This document shows, piece after piece, positions 38,976-49,432 of a stretch of 64,000 nt of DNA. Every line of letters begins with the position of its first letter. Position 1 is the first letter of the stretch. Origin of the DNA: Fidelibacterota bacterium (GTDB lineage: Bacteria; Fidelibacterota; Marinisomatia; SCGC-AAA003-L08; JACNLC01). Position numbers and translations under genes: made by a program. The DNA is taken from positions 12,569 through 76,568 of the forward strand of contig JACNLC010000085.1 in the NCBI GenBank assembly GCA_014381725.1. Direction: 5' to 3'. Under the pieces are notes generated by a model. That model had not been told where the DNA came from. It did not search any database and was given only the letters and a program-made list of their open reading frames with translations.

Positions 38976-40355
38976 TTATCTACCTCCAATATTAATTTTG
39001 CATTTAACTGCAGGGCCACCCATACCAACAGGAATTTGTTGCTTTTTCCCGCACATTCCACCACTTGACCAAGCCATATCATCTGAAATCATTGTAATGG
39101 TTTTGAGCATATCAAAAGCAACACCAGAAATTGTGGTATTGCGAATGGCTCGTTTAATTTTACCTTTTTTTATTTCGTAACCCAGCACAACTCCGAACAT
39201 GAATTCGCTGGTAGAATCCGCCTGCCCGTTACTCGATTTAATCAAATAATATCCATCATCAATTGATGCAATCATTTCTTCAAGTTTACTAGTTCCCGGA
39301 ACGATAGCTGTGTTTCGCATTCTAACGAGTGGTTCGTCATAAAATCCAAATGCTCGAGCATTCCCGGTTGGAGACATTTTGAGTTTCATTGCGGTTTCTT
39401 TATTGTGCATAAAATTCTTTAAAATTCCGTTTTCGATAATAACCACATCCTCACCAGTTGTGCCTTCATCATCTACATAAAGTGGAACTGGACAAGTTTT
39501 ACCGTGTGCAGTATGGGCATAATCGATTAAAGTAACCATTTCTGAAGCTACTTTTTGATTGAGATAATCGCCAGCAACAGAGCCACCCAAAACTAAATCA
39601 CCTTCAGTTGTATGTCCAATGGCTTCGTGAGATAATATTCCTGCAAGGTCTGCATCTAAGATAACATCTTTATAACCTGCTTCTGCGTGAACTCCTTCTG
39701 ATTTTTTCATTAGATGTTCATATTGTTCAGCAATTTTTGGGAACAAATCTTTTGGAGATGTAAACAAATCCTCAAACTGTCCTAATCCACCATAAACATC
39801 ATACAAACTAATTGGTTCTCCATTTACTACAACCGTCATATCGATATAAAATATCACGCGTGGAATCATAGAATAACTATGCGAACCGGTGGAAGTAATT
39901 ATTAATTTCTCCATATCTAAACCTGACATCGTTACCGCTCGCGAATCAAGATTTGGATAAGTTTTATTAATGTGATCATCAATTGTTTTGAGAAATTCTA
40001 TTAACTCTTTACGAGATAATTTTTGTTTTTTAGTTGAAAAATCAATGTCATAATTTCCAGTGGTAAATGGTAAATCGTTCATCATCAAATTTTCTTTTGA
40101 ACTCAAGAATGTTGCATTTCCTGAAGCTGATTTTATTACTCGTTTAATCTCTTCGTCAGAAACATTTGGATTTGATGCAAGTCCCCAATTCCCTTCGCTA
40201 TATACTCGTGCTGACACACCACTTTTAGCAGACTTGGTATTTCCCCAAATATCTCCTTCAACTATTGATATACCATCACTACGATTTTCTTGAACTCGCA
40301 ACTCTGTATATCCTTTGAATAAATTTGTAAACTGTGTTAAATCTTTTCTAATCAT
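38976..40355 (-). CDS. tldD: TldD family metalloprotease (pair 2)
   Basis: HEAIGH, DDEG, VRMRNT, CGK...VGMGGP. Confidence 0.92.
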   Translation of the reverse strand: MIRKDLTQFTNLFKGYTELRVQENRSDGISIVEGDIWGNTKSAKSGVSARVYSEGNWGLASNPNVSDEEIKRVIKSASGNATFLSSKENLMMNDLPFTTGNYDIDFSTKKQKLSRKELIEFLKTIDDHINKTYPNLDSRAVTMSGLDMEKLIITSTGSHSYSMIPRVIFYIDMTVVVNGEPISLYDVYGGLGQFEDLFTSPKDLFPKIAEQYEHLMKKSEGVHAEAGYKDVILDADLAGILSHEAIGHTTEGDLVLGGSVAGDYLNQKVASEMVTLIDYAHTAHGKTCPVPLYVDDEGTTGEDVVIIENGILKNFMHNKETAMKLKMSPTGNARAFGFYDEPLVRMRNTAIVPGTSKLEEMIASIDDGYYLIKSSNGQADSTSEFMFGVVLGYEIKKGKIKRAIRNTTISGVAFDMLKTITMISDDMAWSSGGMCGKKQQIPVGMGGPAVKCKINIGGR

Positions 40356-40485
40356 AATTTTCCTTTATTAGTTAATAGCAAGGAGCTGAATCTCGCAAAG
40401 TCGATAAGACCCAAAATAATCTACCTTTGGTTTCTCTTTTCCGATTTTGACTTTATAAGCTTTCTACTTTATAAACTTTCAACTC

Positions 40486-41808
40486 TTACAGTGTAAGTGA
40501 AAACGATTTTAGCAAAATTCCAGGACAAACGACTCCACCTAAAGCTCTACCTTCGTAAGTTTCAACATCTAGATTTAACTTTGCTACATTATCCACTTCT
40601 TCTAAATTTTCTCCGAAGAAATTATACAAACTATCATCAAATCGCATTGTTTCGATTGGTGCTACTATTTCTCCATTTTCTACCCAAAAACAGGCGTATC
40701 GTGTCATCCCTGTAATTCTTCCGCCGATGTTGTCGCTCCAATTTAGATAATGCAGATTGCTTAAATAAATTCCTGTGTCCAATTTTTGGAAAATGTCTTT
40801 TTTGTCTAAAGTTCCCGTTTTCATTATTGGAGATCTAAGTGATTCACCTTCACCAGCATTGTTGGATTTTTTTTCATATTCTTTAGCGGTTCGTGTGCTA
40901 ACCAATGTATTTTCAAGATTGCAGTTTTCGATAAGTGATAACTGTTCCGGAGCAATTTCTCCGTTTCCATTAAATCGTGGAACAAGTCCTTTCCTGAAAT
41001 CTTCAGATAATCCAAACAAAGGAGATAGTTTTGCATTTTCGTTTCGCATTTTCCCGAAAGCACTTTGTCCCTGTTGAATTGATGCTTCGCTGATACCATT
41101 CCACGAGAACATACCCAAAATATCTGCTACACCTGCTGGAGCGATATAAGTCCGATAATTACCGGGTTTAAGTTTCTTAGCAGGTTGTTCCATCATTCTC
41201 AATTTTTTGATGGAATCTGCCATTGTTGTTTCGTAATCTTTTTGATTCCATTCAGAACCAGCAAAGGTTGTTTTCACCATTTTCTCATCTGATGTGATAA
41301 GAGAATAATCTAAAGAAAATGTTTCTGTGGAAAACCAATGTTTCTGCCCTGCTGAATTTGCATTGCCTATAAATATTTTCCCTGATGCCCAAATACCGGA
41401 TAAATCCACACCTTGCATTGCTGGAGTAAGAGCATTTACAGCATCTTCAATTGGTAATAAATTACCTTTATGTTCTTCCTCACTTGAACCTGTATCTTCT
41501 GGTAAAACAATATAAGGATCTTCCGGAAGATGAACAACTTCCTTGCGAAGTCGCTGTAATTCTTGTTGCACATTAGCAATATCAGATTTTTCATCGCTGG
41601 TAACGGTAATTCCACCACTACAGGTTTTGTTTTGGTGAATTAGTTCGAGGGAGATGCTCACTTCGTCAACCAATCCTGTTTGTCGGATTTTGGATTTACT
41701 AAACCTAATAAATTGGCTGTTTTCTCCACTAAATGATATTTTTAGATGCTCATCTTTTGAAATCTGATTAAGTAATGCATCACTTATTTTATTAAATAAC
41801 TTTTTCAT
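40486..41808 (-). CDS. TldE/PmbA family protein (pair 1)
   Basis: LKPGNYRTYIAPA, NLHYLNWSD...RITGMTRYACFWVENG. Confidence 0.88.
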   Translation of the reverse strand: MKKLFNKISDALLNQISKDEHLKISFSGENSQFIRFSKSKIRQTGLVDEVSISLELIHQNKTCSGGITVTSDEKSDIANVQQELQRLRKEVVHLPEDPYIVLPEDTGSSEEEHKGNLLPIEDAVNALTPAMQGVDLSGIWASGKIFIGNANSAGQKHWFSTETFSLDYSLITSDEKMVKTTFAGSEWNQKDYETTMADSIKKLRMMEQPAKKLKPGNYRTYIAPAGVADILGMFSWNGISEASIQQGQSAFGKMRNENAKLSPLFGLSEDFRKGLVPRFNGNGEIAPEQLSLIENCNLENTLVSTRTAKEYEKKSNNAGEGESLRSPIMKTGTLDKKDIFQKLDTGIYLSNLHYLNWSDNIGGRITGMTRYACFWVENGEIVAPIETMRFDDSLYNFFGENLEEVDNVAKLNLDVETYEGRALGGVVCPGILLKSFSLTL

Positions 41809-41885
41809 ATTTTCCCTTATTTACAATAATTTTTACCACAAAGTTGTTACAATATTCATACTTGAAATTCGGTCTCCTGCTTCCC

Positions 41886-43325
41886 CTACACTCCGCCAAA
41901 AACTTCAATATCTTCAAACAGACAAACCGGTGATGCGTGTCCAACTCGAATCGCCTGATTTGGTTCACCTTTTCCGCAATATGGAGTCCCATACATTTTG
42001 AAAGTGTCTTTATTCCCAACCATTTTCAGATTATTCCAAAATGGAATAGTAATTGCTCGATAATTCGGATTTTTTACTGCTTTTGTGAATTTACCGTTTT
42101 CGATTAATTTACCATATTCACATCCAAACTGGAATTTGTTGCGATAATCATCAATTGACCACGACCGATTTGATTCCATATACACGCCTTTTTCTATTGA
42201 TGATATAATTTCGTCAAACGAAGATTCTCCCGGTTCAAGATTCAAATTCGCCATACGGTCAATCGGAGCACGATTCCACGAACTCGCTCTGAAATTTGCT
42301 ACCCCCTGCATACCAGAACGAACTTGACTTTCCATCCCACCTTGAGGTCTGAGTAAAACACCATCTTTGATGATATATTCTTTTGTAGCTTTCATCCCGC
42401 CATCATCAAAATTATACGATGCGTGTTGGTGTTCAATCGTTGGGTCAAAAGTGATGTTCATTAATTTTGAGCCGTATTGCAAATTCCCAAAATCTTTTTC
42501 TCGGACGAAACTCCAACCTGCATAATTTCTTTCATCGCCTAAAATTCTGTCAAGTTCAGTCGCGTGACCTACACTTTCGTGTATTTGTATTAACATTTGA
42601 TCAGGTGATAGTACAATGGGCAATTTCCCTGTTGGACATTCCTCAGCAGTTAGCAACTCTATTGCTTGCTTGCTGACTTTTTCAGCATTTTGAAGAATTT
42701 CATCTTCATTGATAGTTTCCATCCCAACTTGGTGACTGTTTGCCATCAATCCGCCATCTGTGCGAGTTTGTGTGATAATACCATCTTGAGCCGTTGCAGA
42801 AAAATCGCTTGAAATAATTAGAAGTTTTTGTTCAACATCGCTTCCGTTTGAGCTGACATATTTCATTTCAGACTCAACGAATCTGAAAAGACTAAACGCA
42901 CTAACGATTTTATCGGATAATTTCAATTTATCATAAGCTTTAAGAAGTAAATTGTTTAAGTCTCCTGCAGAATATGTGTTCAAATCTTGCGAGTAAGACG
43001 AAATATATTTGCCTTTTGCAATTGGTCGAACTTTGTCTGTAAAATGATGAAGCGAATACTTGGATGCAATGTTCGCCTGCTTCAATGCTTTTTCAGCGGC
43101 TTTTTGGATTGCGCTACGAGTAAGCTGATGTGTTCCATAATATCCAAACTGACCGTTAGATAAAACTTCAACCATAACTCCGTGAGTTGTATCTTTAGAA
43201 TTTGCTTGTGGTTTACCATCACGGATAACTCTGTAAGTTGTCGATTCACGAACTTCGCGTAACCCAATCCATTCTGCATTGATATTAATTCCGCTAATTG
43301 CTGATTTTATGTCGAAATGATTCAT
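41886..43325 (-). CDS. tldD: TldD family metalloprotease (pair 1)
   Basis: QIHESVGH.TELDRILGDERNYAG, DRMANLN, CGKGEPNQ..RVGHASP. Confidence 0.92.
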   Translation of the reverse strand: MNHFDIKSAISGININAEWIGLREVRESTTYRVIRDGKPQANSKDTTHGVMVEVLSNGQFGYYGTHQLTRSAIQKAAEKALKQANIASKYSLHHFTDKVRPIAKGKYISSYSQDLNTYSAGDLNNLLLKAYDKLKLSDKIVSAFSLFRFVESEMKYVSSNGSDVEQKLLIISSDFSATAQDGIITQTRTDGGLMANSHQVGMETINEDEILQNAEKVSKQAIELLTAEECPTGKLPIVLSPDQMLIQIHESVGHATELDRILGDERNYAGWSFVREKDFGNLQYGSKLMNITFDPTIEHQHASYNFDDGGMKATKEYIIKDGVLLRPQGGMESQVRSGMQGVANFRASSWNRAPIDRMANLNLEPGESSFDEIISSIEKGVYMESNRSWSIDDYRNKFQFGCEYGKLIENGKFTKAVKNPNYRAITIPFWNNLKMVGNKDTFKMYGTPYCGKGEPNQAIRVGHASPVCLFEDIEVFGGV

Positions 43326-43534
43326 TGATTCCCTCAAAAATAATAGTTGTTCTGTAAAAATACGACGAGAATTTACGGTATAAAGTCGTTGCAGACCAAA
43401 ATAATCTCTTTAAGTTTCCAGTATATAAAAATCTGTCCAAAACGATTTCAATTATTTCTGTTCGGCAAATGATTCTAGTTATTTTATTTCACATTATAAC
43501 TTTCTTAACTTTTACATATTGATAGGCGAGTAAT

Positions 43535-44581
43535 ATGACTTCAAAGAAGATAAAATTAACGAGTTTTAGTTCGGGTGCTGGCTGAGCATGTAAATTAAGT
43601 CCATCGGACTTAGCTCAAGTTTTGAGCACATTAAAATCAACTACACCTGGAAATGTTATCGGATTCGATTCATCAGAAGATGCAGCTGTGTATCCGATGA
43701 ATGATGATCAATTTCTCCTGCAAACTGTGGATTTTTTCACTCCGATTGTAGATGATCCATTTACATTTGGACAAATTGCGGCGGTGAATGCACTCTCCGA
43801 TATTTATGCGATGGGTGGAAAGCCACTATTTGCATTAAATGTTGTCGGTTTCCCAAGTGATGATTTACCGATTTCTGTCCTATCTGATATTCTGCTTGGC
43901 GGAGAAGATATTGCATCAAAAGCTGGAATTTCAATTTTGGGTGGGCATACAATCAAGGACAAAGAACCAAAATACGGAATGGTTGTTACAGGAATTGTTA
44001 ATAAAGAAAATATGACTAGAAACGATTCTGCAAAACAAGATGATTTGCTGGTTTTGACTAAACCACTCGGTTCTGGAATTATTACAACTGCAATCAAACA
44101 AAATTTTGCAGATGAACAGATGATTGAGTCTGTGCAAGATGTAATGAAAACTCTCAATAACACAGCTTCTGAAGTGATGACAGATATTGGAGTAAATGCT
44201 TGTACAGATATTACCGGTTATGGATTATTGGGACATTTGTTAGAGATGTGCAAATCCAGTCAGGTTACTGCAGAAATTGGGTTTAGTTCGATTCCATTTT
44301 TGGAAGGTGTATTTGAATTTGCTCAAAAGGGCATTGTACCTGGTGGTTCAAAACGAAATTTTGAGTTTGTTTCTCCTAACATTAAGTTTGATAATGCACT
44401 TGCAGACCATCAAAAATTGATGCTTGCTGATGCACAAACTTCAGGTGGATTGTTAATTTCTGTATCGGAAGACAAATGTCAATTACTCATACAAGAATTG
44501 AAAAAACAAAATGTAACACCAGTTGCAATAATCGGTAGAATTATAGGAAAGACTGATAGTTTTATAAAAGTTCACAATTAG
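43535..44581 (+). CDS. selD: Selenide, water dikinase, selenocysteine-containing (UGA at codon 17)
   Basis: ATG 43535 is in frame with the 43622 ORF: MTSKKIKLTSFSSGAG-U-ACKLSPSDL. Also EDAAV, TVDFFTP, NALSDIYAMGG, DITGYGL, QTSGGLL. Confidence 0.93.
43583..43617 (+). promoter_or_regulatory. Candidate bacterial SECIS hairpin
   Basis: TGAGC-atgtaaat-TAAGTCC-atc-GGACTTA-GCTCA. The UGA itself pairs in the lower stem. Confidence 0.65.
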
Positions 44582-44663
44582 TAAATTCCCATACACTTCT
44601 GAAAATAAATAGGGACAAATCAACGACTCACACTACTTTTTGCTTTCACCTTTTGACTGATGT

Positions 44664-47534
44664 TTATTTCAATAACAACAATTTTTGTGTTTGTGTAAAA
44701 TTCTCAGATTGCAGTTTTACAAAATAAATCCCACTTGGATAATTTGATGCATTCCAAGTTACTTCGTGATATCCAGCTTCTTTTATACCATTTAGCAAAG
44801 TTTCTATCAATCTACCATTTATATCAAACATTTGTAGAGACACTCGGCCGTTTGTTTCTACCATTGGAACACTATAACCAATAACCGTTTTGGGATTAAA
44901 TGGATTTGGATAAGCATTTAGCAATTGATAATTAACAAATGATAATTGAGAATTATTCTCCAATTGTTCTTCTCCAAAATCGTCCATTACAACTTCAACA
45001 AACTCCTGTGCAGAACTGGTTTCCATAAAATAGAGCGGAAATCCAAGAACGAAGACTTTATTCTCACCAATTGATCTAATTCCGCAGACTTCGTTCTCCC
45101 ACTCGGAATCATCGGAATCAGAATCAAAACGATAAATTGGTTCAGCACCATTCAACGGAACAAATTTATTAACATTTCTTAATTTATAATCCCATTGAGA
45201 CGGAGCTTTTGAAGAATCAACTTCCATATTTGCGAAACCAGTATCCCCAAAAACACCAAAGAAATCTTCTGAAGTATTAAACTCGATATTTGCAATATGT
45301 AAATAATCCTGCAAAAATGCTTCATCTTCATTCGATAATTGTTTCCAAGATGAAAGTAGTAAATTCCCACCCGCATCAATATACTGTTTTAGATTGTATG
45401 TATCACTATCAAGCGGATTGTTGTTGATGTCGTCATTATGCCACACAATTGAAGAATACTTTGCCATTTCGAATAATTCAGGCAGTCCTTGATCGTCTGC
45501 ATCCCAATTTGTGGTTAGATAATTAGATAACAACAAATCGTAAAAGTCGTCAACTTCTTCATCTGTTGGAAATGGATTACTCTGAGAATTATCTTTTGTC
45601 TTATCCACAATTAAAATTCCGTTATCAAATGTAAACTCCACAGGAATCATTGAAATTTCATTTGAGAATTTACTAAAATACTCCAAATTCGTGTCAAGTA
45701 TTGCAACAATTTTATATTGGTATTCTGTTCCTGAAATTACATTTGTGTCATTATAATCGTTTTCAGTAATTGGCTCAGTATTGATTTGTGTCCATCCTTC
45801 TGAATCATATTTTCGATAAACATTAAAACCTTCAATTGTTGGATCAAAATATTCTTCCCACATTAACATAACAGAGCCATCGCGATTACTATTAGCTTCT
45901 TCGATTTCTGGAATTTGCTCCGAAAATCCGTGATCCAATACCCAATTATTTGGGTCCCAATCAATGTTTGGGAATTCTATTTCAGAAAAATATGTGTAAA
46001 TATTTACACCATCTTCACTCCAAACAGAATATTCTACACCACTCATTTCAAACGGAATTGGCATATTAAAAGATGTTGTTTCACTTCCATAAGAAACCAA
46101 AGTAATTTTTATAGAATCTGTCAACTCGGAAGAATATGTTGCATAGTCATAATCCGGACTTCCAATACCATAAATCCACTCTTGGAAAAACCAATTTAGG
46201 TCGCTTCCATAGTGTGATTCAAATACACTTTGTAAATCTTCTGTAACTGCATTTTGGTAGGCATAAATTTCAAGATAATCCTGAAGTGAAGCAAAATATA
46301 TTTCATCTCCCACCACTTTTCGCAACATATGGTTTACCCACGCCCCTTTGTTGTAAATAATTCCGTCAAATATATCCCAAACTCCTATTGTATCAATCGT
46401 GAACACTGATCTCGAATCACCCCATCCAAACTCCATACTATTCATATAGTTGTGATATGAATTTACACCACTCGTATTTTCTACATAGAGTGCCTCGGAA
46501 TATGTTGCAAATCCTTCATTAAGCCATCCGTGTTGCCAATCTCTGCAAGTTACTTTGTCACCAAACCATTGGTGAGCAAGTTCGTGAACCTGCACTATTC
46601 CGCTCGTTGTCGCCGTGGTTACACAAGTCTGATGTTCCATAGCCCAACTACTATTTGTGACTTTAGCAATCGCAAATTTCTCATCGACAAAAGGATATAG
46701 TCCATACAAATCAGAGAAGATCGGAAGTGCCGTTTCAACATCGTGAAATCCTGATGGAACCGTGCCAGTTGTATAATAAATAATAGGCATCGAGTCATTT
46801 TCGGCGTAATGAAAATATTCTATTGTTTCTAAATACGGATAAACATTCACAACAAACAGGTAAGTTGCAATTGGATAATTTTCTAACCAATGGTGAGTTT
46901 TTGTGTCATCGTAATTATTGATTATCTCTTGGAGAACACCGTTTGAAGCAACAATCAAATCATCTGGAACTGTAAGTTTTAAATCAACATAATTTGCTTT
47001 ATCAGATGGATGATCTTTGCAAGGCACCCAATCGGATAATCCGTAAGGACAGTTAAGAGAATAAAACCCTCCACTAGAATATACAATGCCACCTTCCCAC
47101 GCCACGCCCGAACCAGTAGCGCCTGAATATTCAATTGTAATTGATAGAGTATCATTTTCCAAAAAATTACTTTCAAAAAGCAAATTAATACGATTGTTAA
47201 AATGATTTTCGGATAAAACTGATATTTGATTATCATCTACAAACACTGACACATTTTCAATATCTAGATGGTCTTTAGCGTCAAGAATTATTTCATGTGT
47301 CTCGTTTTTTATGGATACATCTATAATTACTGAACCATCAACTTGTTGAGTTTCTGGATCAATTTGGATATCTAGCACATAGCTTAGTACATCATAATCA
47401 TTTTGTTCTGGTAATAAATCTCGATGAAATTCAATTGGATTTGAATTTTGATTCTTGATTTGACATTCTTTTGTTGGAATGTTAGATGAATACAGAAATG
47501 TAATAATTGACAATATAATTATAATTTTCTGCAT
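44664..47534 (-). CDS. M1 aminopeptidase with FN3 domain and T9SS-type CTD
   Basis: AMEHQ, HELAHQWFG...NEGFATY, YNKGA. GFNVYR...YQYKIVA (FN3). YPNPFNP. Confidence 0.92.
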   Translation of the reverse strand: MQKIIIILSIITFLYSSNIPTKECQIKNQNSNPIEFHRDLLPEQNDYDVLSYVLDIQIDPETQQVDGSVIIDVSIKNETHEIILDAKDHLDIENVSVFVDDNQISVLSENHFNNRINLLFESNFLENDTLSITIEYSGATGSGVAWEGGIVYSSGGFYSLNCPYGLSDWVPCKDHPSDKANYVDLKLTVPDDLIVASNGVLQEIINNYDDTKTHHWLENYPIATYLFVVNVYPYLETIEYFHYAENDSMPIIYYTTGTVPSGFHDVETALPIFSDLYGLYPFVDEKFAIAKVTNSSWAMEHQTCVTTATTSGIVQVHELAHQWFGDKVTCRDWQHGWLNEGFATYSEALYVENTSGVNSYHNYMNSMEFGWGDSRSVFTIDTIGVWDIFDGIIYNKGAWVNHMLRKVVGDEIYFASLQDYLEIYAYQNAVTEDLQSVFESHYGSDLNWFFQEWIYGIGSPDYDYATYSSELTDSIKITLVSYGSETTSFNMPIPFEMSGVEYSVWSEDGVNIYTYFSEIEFPNIDWDPNNWVLDHGFSEQIPEIEEANSNRDGSVMLMWEEYFDPTIEGFNVYRKYDSEGWTQINTEPITENDYNDTNVISGTEYQYKIVAILDTNLEYFSKFSNEISMIPVEFTFDNGILIVDKTKDNSQSNPFPTDEEVDDFYDLLLSNYLTTNWDADDQGLPELFEMAKYSSIVWHNDDINNNPLDSDTYNLKQYIDAGGNLLLSSWKQLSNEDEAFLQDYLHIANIEFNTSEDFFGVFGDTGFANMEVDSSKAPSQWDYKLRNVNKFVPLNGAEPIYRFDSDSDDSEWENEVCGIRSIGENKVFVLGFPLYFMETSSAQEFVEVVMDDFGEEQLENNSQLSFVNYQLLNAYPNPFNPKTVIGYSVPMVETNGRVSLQMFDINGRLIETLLNGIKEAGYHEVTWNASNYPSGIYFVKLQSENFTQTQKLLLLK
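44834..44861. repeat. REP-like palindrome copy 3 inside a CDS
   Basis: Minus strand GTAGAAACAAACGGCCGAGTGTCTCTAC, read as VETNGRVSL(Q). Confidence 0.85.
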
Positions 47535-47624
47535 AGATATTCTCCTTATTTTCAAATCTAACTTAATTGAGTTGCAAAAACACAGCAACAATAACACAAA
47601 ATATTATGCAAGAAAATTACTTAT

Positions 47625-48920
47625 CTATGAGTAGGCGTGCAGTCCCCCGAAAAAATAGTTACCATAGAAAGTAATAAAAATCATCACAGTTCCAATAACT
47701 GACAAAATTGCTAGGCGACCACCGCGCCAATCGCGATTATATCTTGCGTGGAGTGCTGCAGAATAGAAAAACCAAACCAACAATGCTCCAACTTCTTTTG
47801 GGTCCCAACTCCAGAATGAGCCCCAAGCTTGTTCTGCCCAAATCGCACCTGCAAACAATGCTCCAACAGTATAAAGCGGATAGCCCAAAGAAACTGCTCG
47901 GTAATTGATTTCATCAAACAAATCTTGATTACCTTCCATTTTATTAATTTTTGGACCAAGTTTTATGTAAATGAAATAATACAAAATTGGAAATAAAACA
48001 AGAATCAGAACATATACCGAACCTAAAAATTCAAAGAAACGCCAAATACTTCCTTGATGTTGTGCTGGAGTAATTAGAATCATTCCATTATGCGACAAAA
48101 TACCAACAATCAAACTTCCTAAAGCAAACGATAACATATAAATTGCGAACAAAATTCCACCATAACCAGATTTATCTGATTTTTGCTTGAAAAAGTAACT
48201 AAATATTCCAAGCATCGGAACCATTAACAATCCGAGAATAGCAACCAATTGCCCTAAAATTGTTCTAGCAGAATCATAATCAATCCTTGAAGTAAATTTC
48301 TGCATTACTAAATACGCAGTATGATGTGGTGTTAAATTTGTAATTTTCAAAATCAAAAATATTACCAATGGGATATACACCATAAAAATCATCGCTTGCG
48401 AAAAGAACATCTTTTTTTGCTCACCAATCTCGGAACTATATTTGTGATCTTTTAATAAATACAACAGACTAACAGCTCCTGCAACAATAAACGCCCCCGA
48501 ACCAAGTGCCGCCATAGAAATATGAATTGTCAACCAATTACTTTGTAGCGCTGGCATCAAATTTTCTGCAGGAGTGCTATCCAGTAAAGCTGCAGCTGCG
48601 TTCAGCATTACAATTATTGGTGAAATAATAACTCCCACAATCGAACTTTTATAACGGATGATTACAAATATCATAATTCCAACTCCTGCCCAAGACATTA
48701 ACATCAAATGCTCAAACATATTTTGGAAACGAATACTACCTACTATCCCCCATTTTACAACGAAAGCGAAAGTTTGTAGAAACAATCCAACTGCAAACAT
48801 CCATAAACCAGTTTTTTGGAAGATAGCTTTTTTGAATGAAAAGAAGAAGGCATAACTGAAAAATCCAATCAGATACGCAATAAACATAAACCAAAATAAG
48901 TCTTGATATAATTTTTCCAT
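47625..48920 (-). CDS. ccsA: System II cytochrome c biogenesis protein CcsA/ResC with a large internal TM insertion
   Basis: PALQSNWLTIH, WAEQAWGSFWSWDPKE, GLHAY. Confidence 0.92.
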   Translation of the reverse strand: MEKLYQDLFWFMFIAYLIGFFSYAFFFSFKKAIFQKTGLWMFAVGLFLQTFAFVVKWGIVGSIRFQNMFEHLMLMSWAGVGIMIFVIIRYKSSIVGVIISPIIVMLNAAAALLDSTPAENLMPALQSNWLTIHISMAALGSGAFIVAGAVSLLYLLKDHKYSSEIGEQKKMFFSQAMIFMVYIPLVIFLILKITNLTPHHTAYLVMQKFTSRIDYDSARTILGQLVAILGLLMVPMLGIFSYFFKQKSDKSGYGGILFAIYMLSFALGSLIVGILSHNGMILITPAQHQGSIWRFFEFLGSVYVLILVLFPILYYFIYIKLGPKINKMEGNQDLFDEINYRAVSLGYPLYTVGALFAGAIWAEQAWGSFWSWDPKEVGALLVWFFYSAALHARYNRDWRGGRLAILSVIGTVMIFITFYGNYFFGGLHAYS

Positions 48921-49432
48921 TATTGCACCTTACCAATTTGAATAGTCGCCATTTCTATGATATATTTTCCGTCAGTAGTTTTTTTATAACCTTGATATCC
49001 CAAGAATTCCACAAAATACTTTTGTTCAGGTTTTACTGTATGCATCCCCGGCATTTGACTATAACAAATTTGATAATGTTTAAACTCACCGTTTTTCTCA
49101 AAATGCACCTTAATTGCTGGATTCATTTCTGCATCTGATTGAGAATTTATCTTCCCATTTCCAATTGGTTCAACCAACATACAATGAGGTTCAAATTGAA
49201 TAATTTCTACGCCCCATTCATCATCAATTTGATATTTTTCTCCAAAGGAAATTTCCACATTTTCTTGGATAATTTCCATTTGTGGTTGTTCTGCGTGTTG
49301 ATGTGGCACAGCCTCTTGCGGTAACATTTGATGAGTTGGCGATTTCCCTATAAGCTCATCTTTAAATGCGATTACAACCAAAACTATAAATAATATTATA
49401 GCAGGAATGACAAAAACTTTGTTATTTTTCAT
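48920..49432 (-). CDS. Membrane-anchored hypothetical protein resembling a ResB periplasmic subdomain
   Basis: N-terminal TM, FEPH...SQSDAEMNPAIKV...PGMH. Overlaps both neighbours. Confidence 0.6.
   Translation of the reverse strand: MKNNKVFVIPAIILFIVLVVIAFKDELIGKSPTHQMLPQEAVPHQHAEQPQMEIIQENVEISFGEKYQIDDEWGVEIIQFEPHCMLVEPIGNGKINSQSDAEMNPAIKVHFEKNGEFKHYQICYSQMPGMHTVKPEQKYFVEFLGYQGYKKTTDGKYIIEMATIQIGKVQ

Noticed and set aside
40356..43534. RiPP precursor peptides near the tldD/tldE genes
   Set aside because: The intergenic gaps contain no credible small ORF, and no YcaO, radical SAM or lanthionine enzymes are nearby.
43622..44581. selD as a TTG-started truncated gene or pseudogene
   Set aside because: The upstream frame restores the full N-terminus with UGA exactly at the catalytic Cys position.
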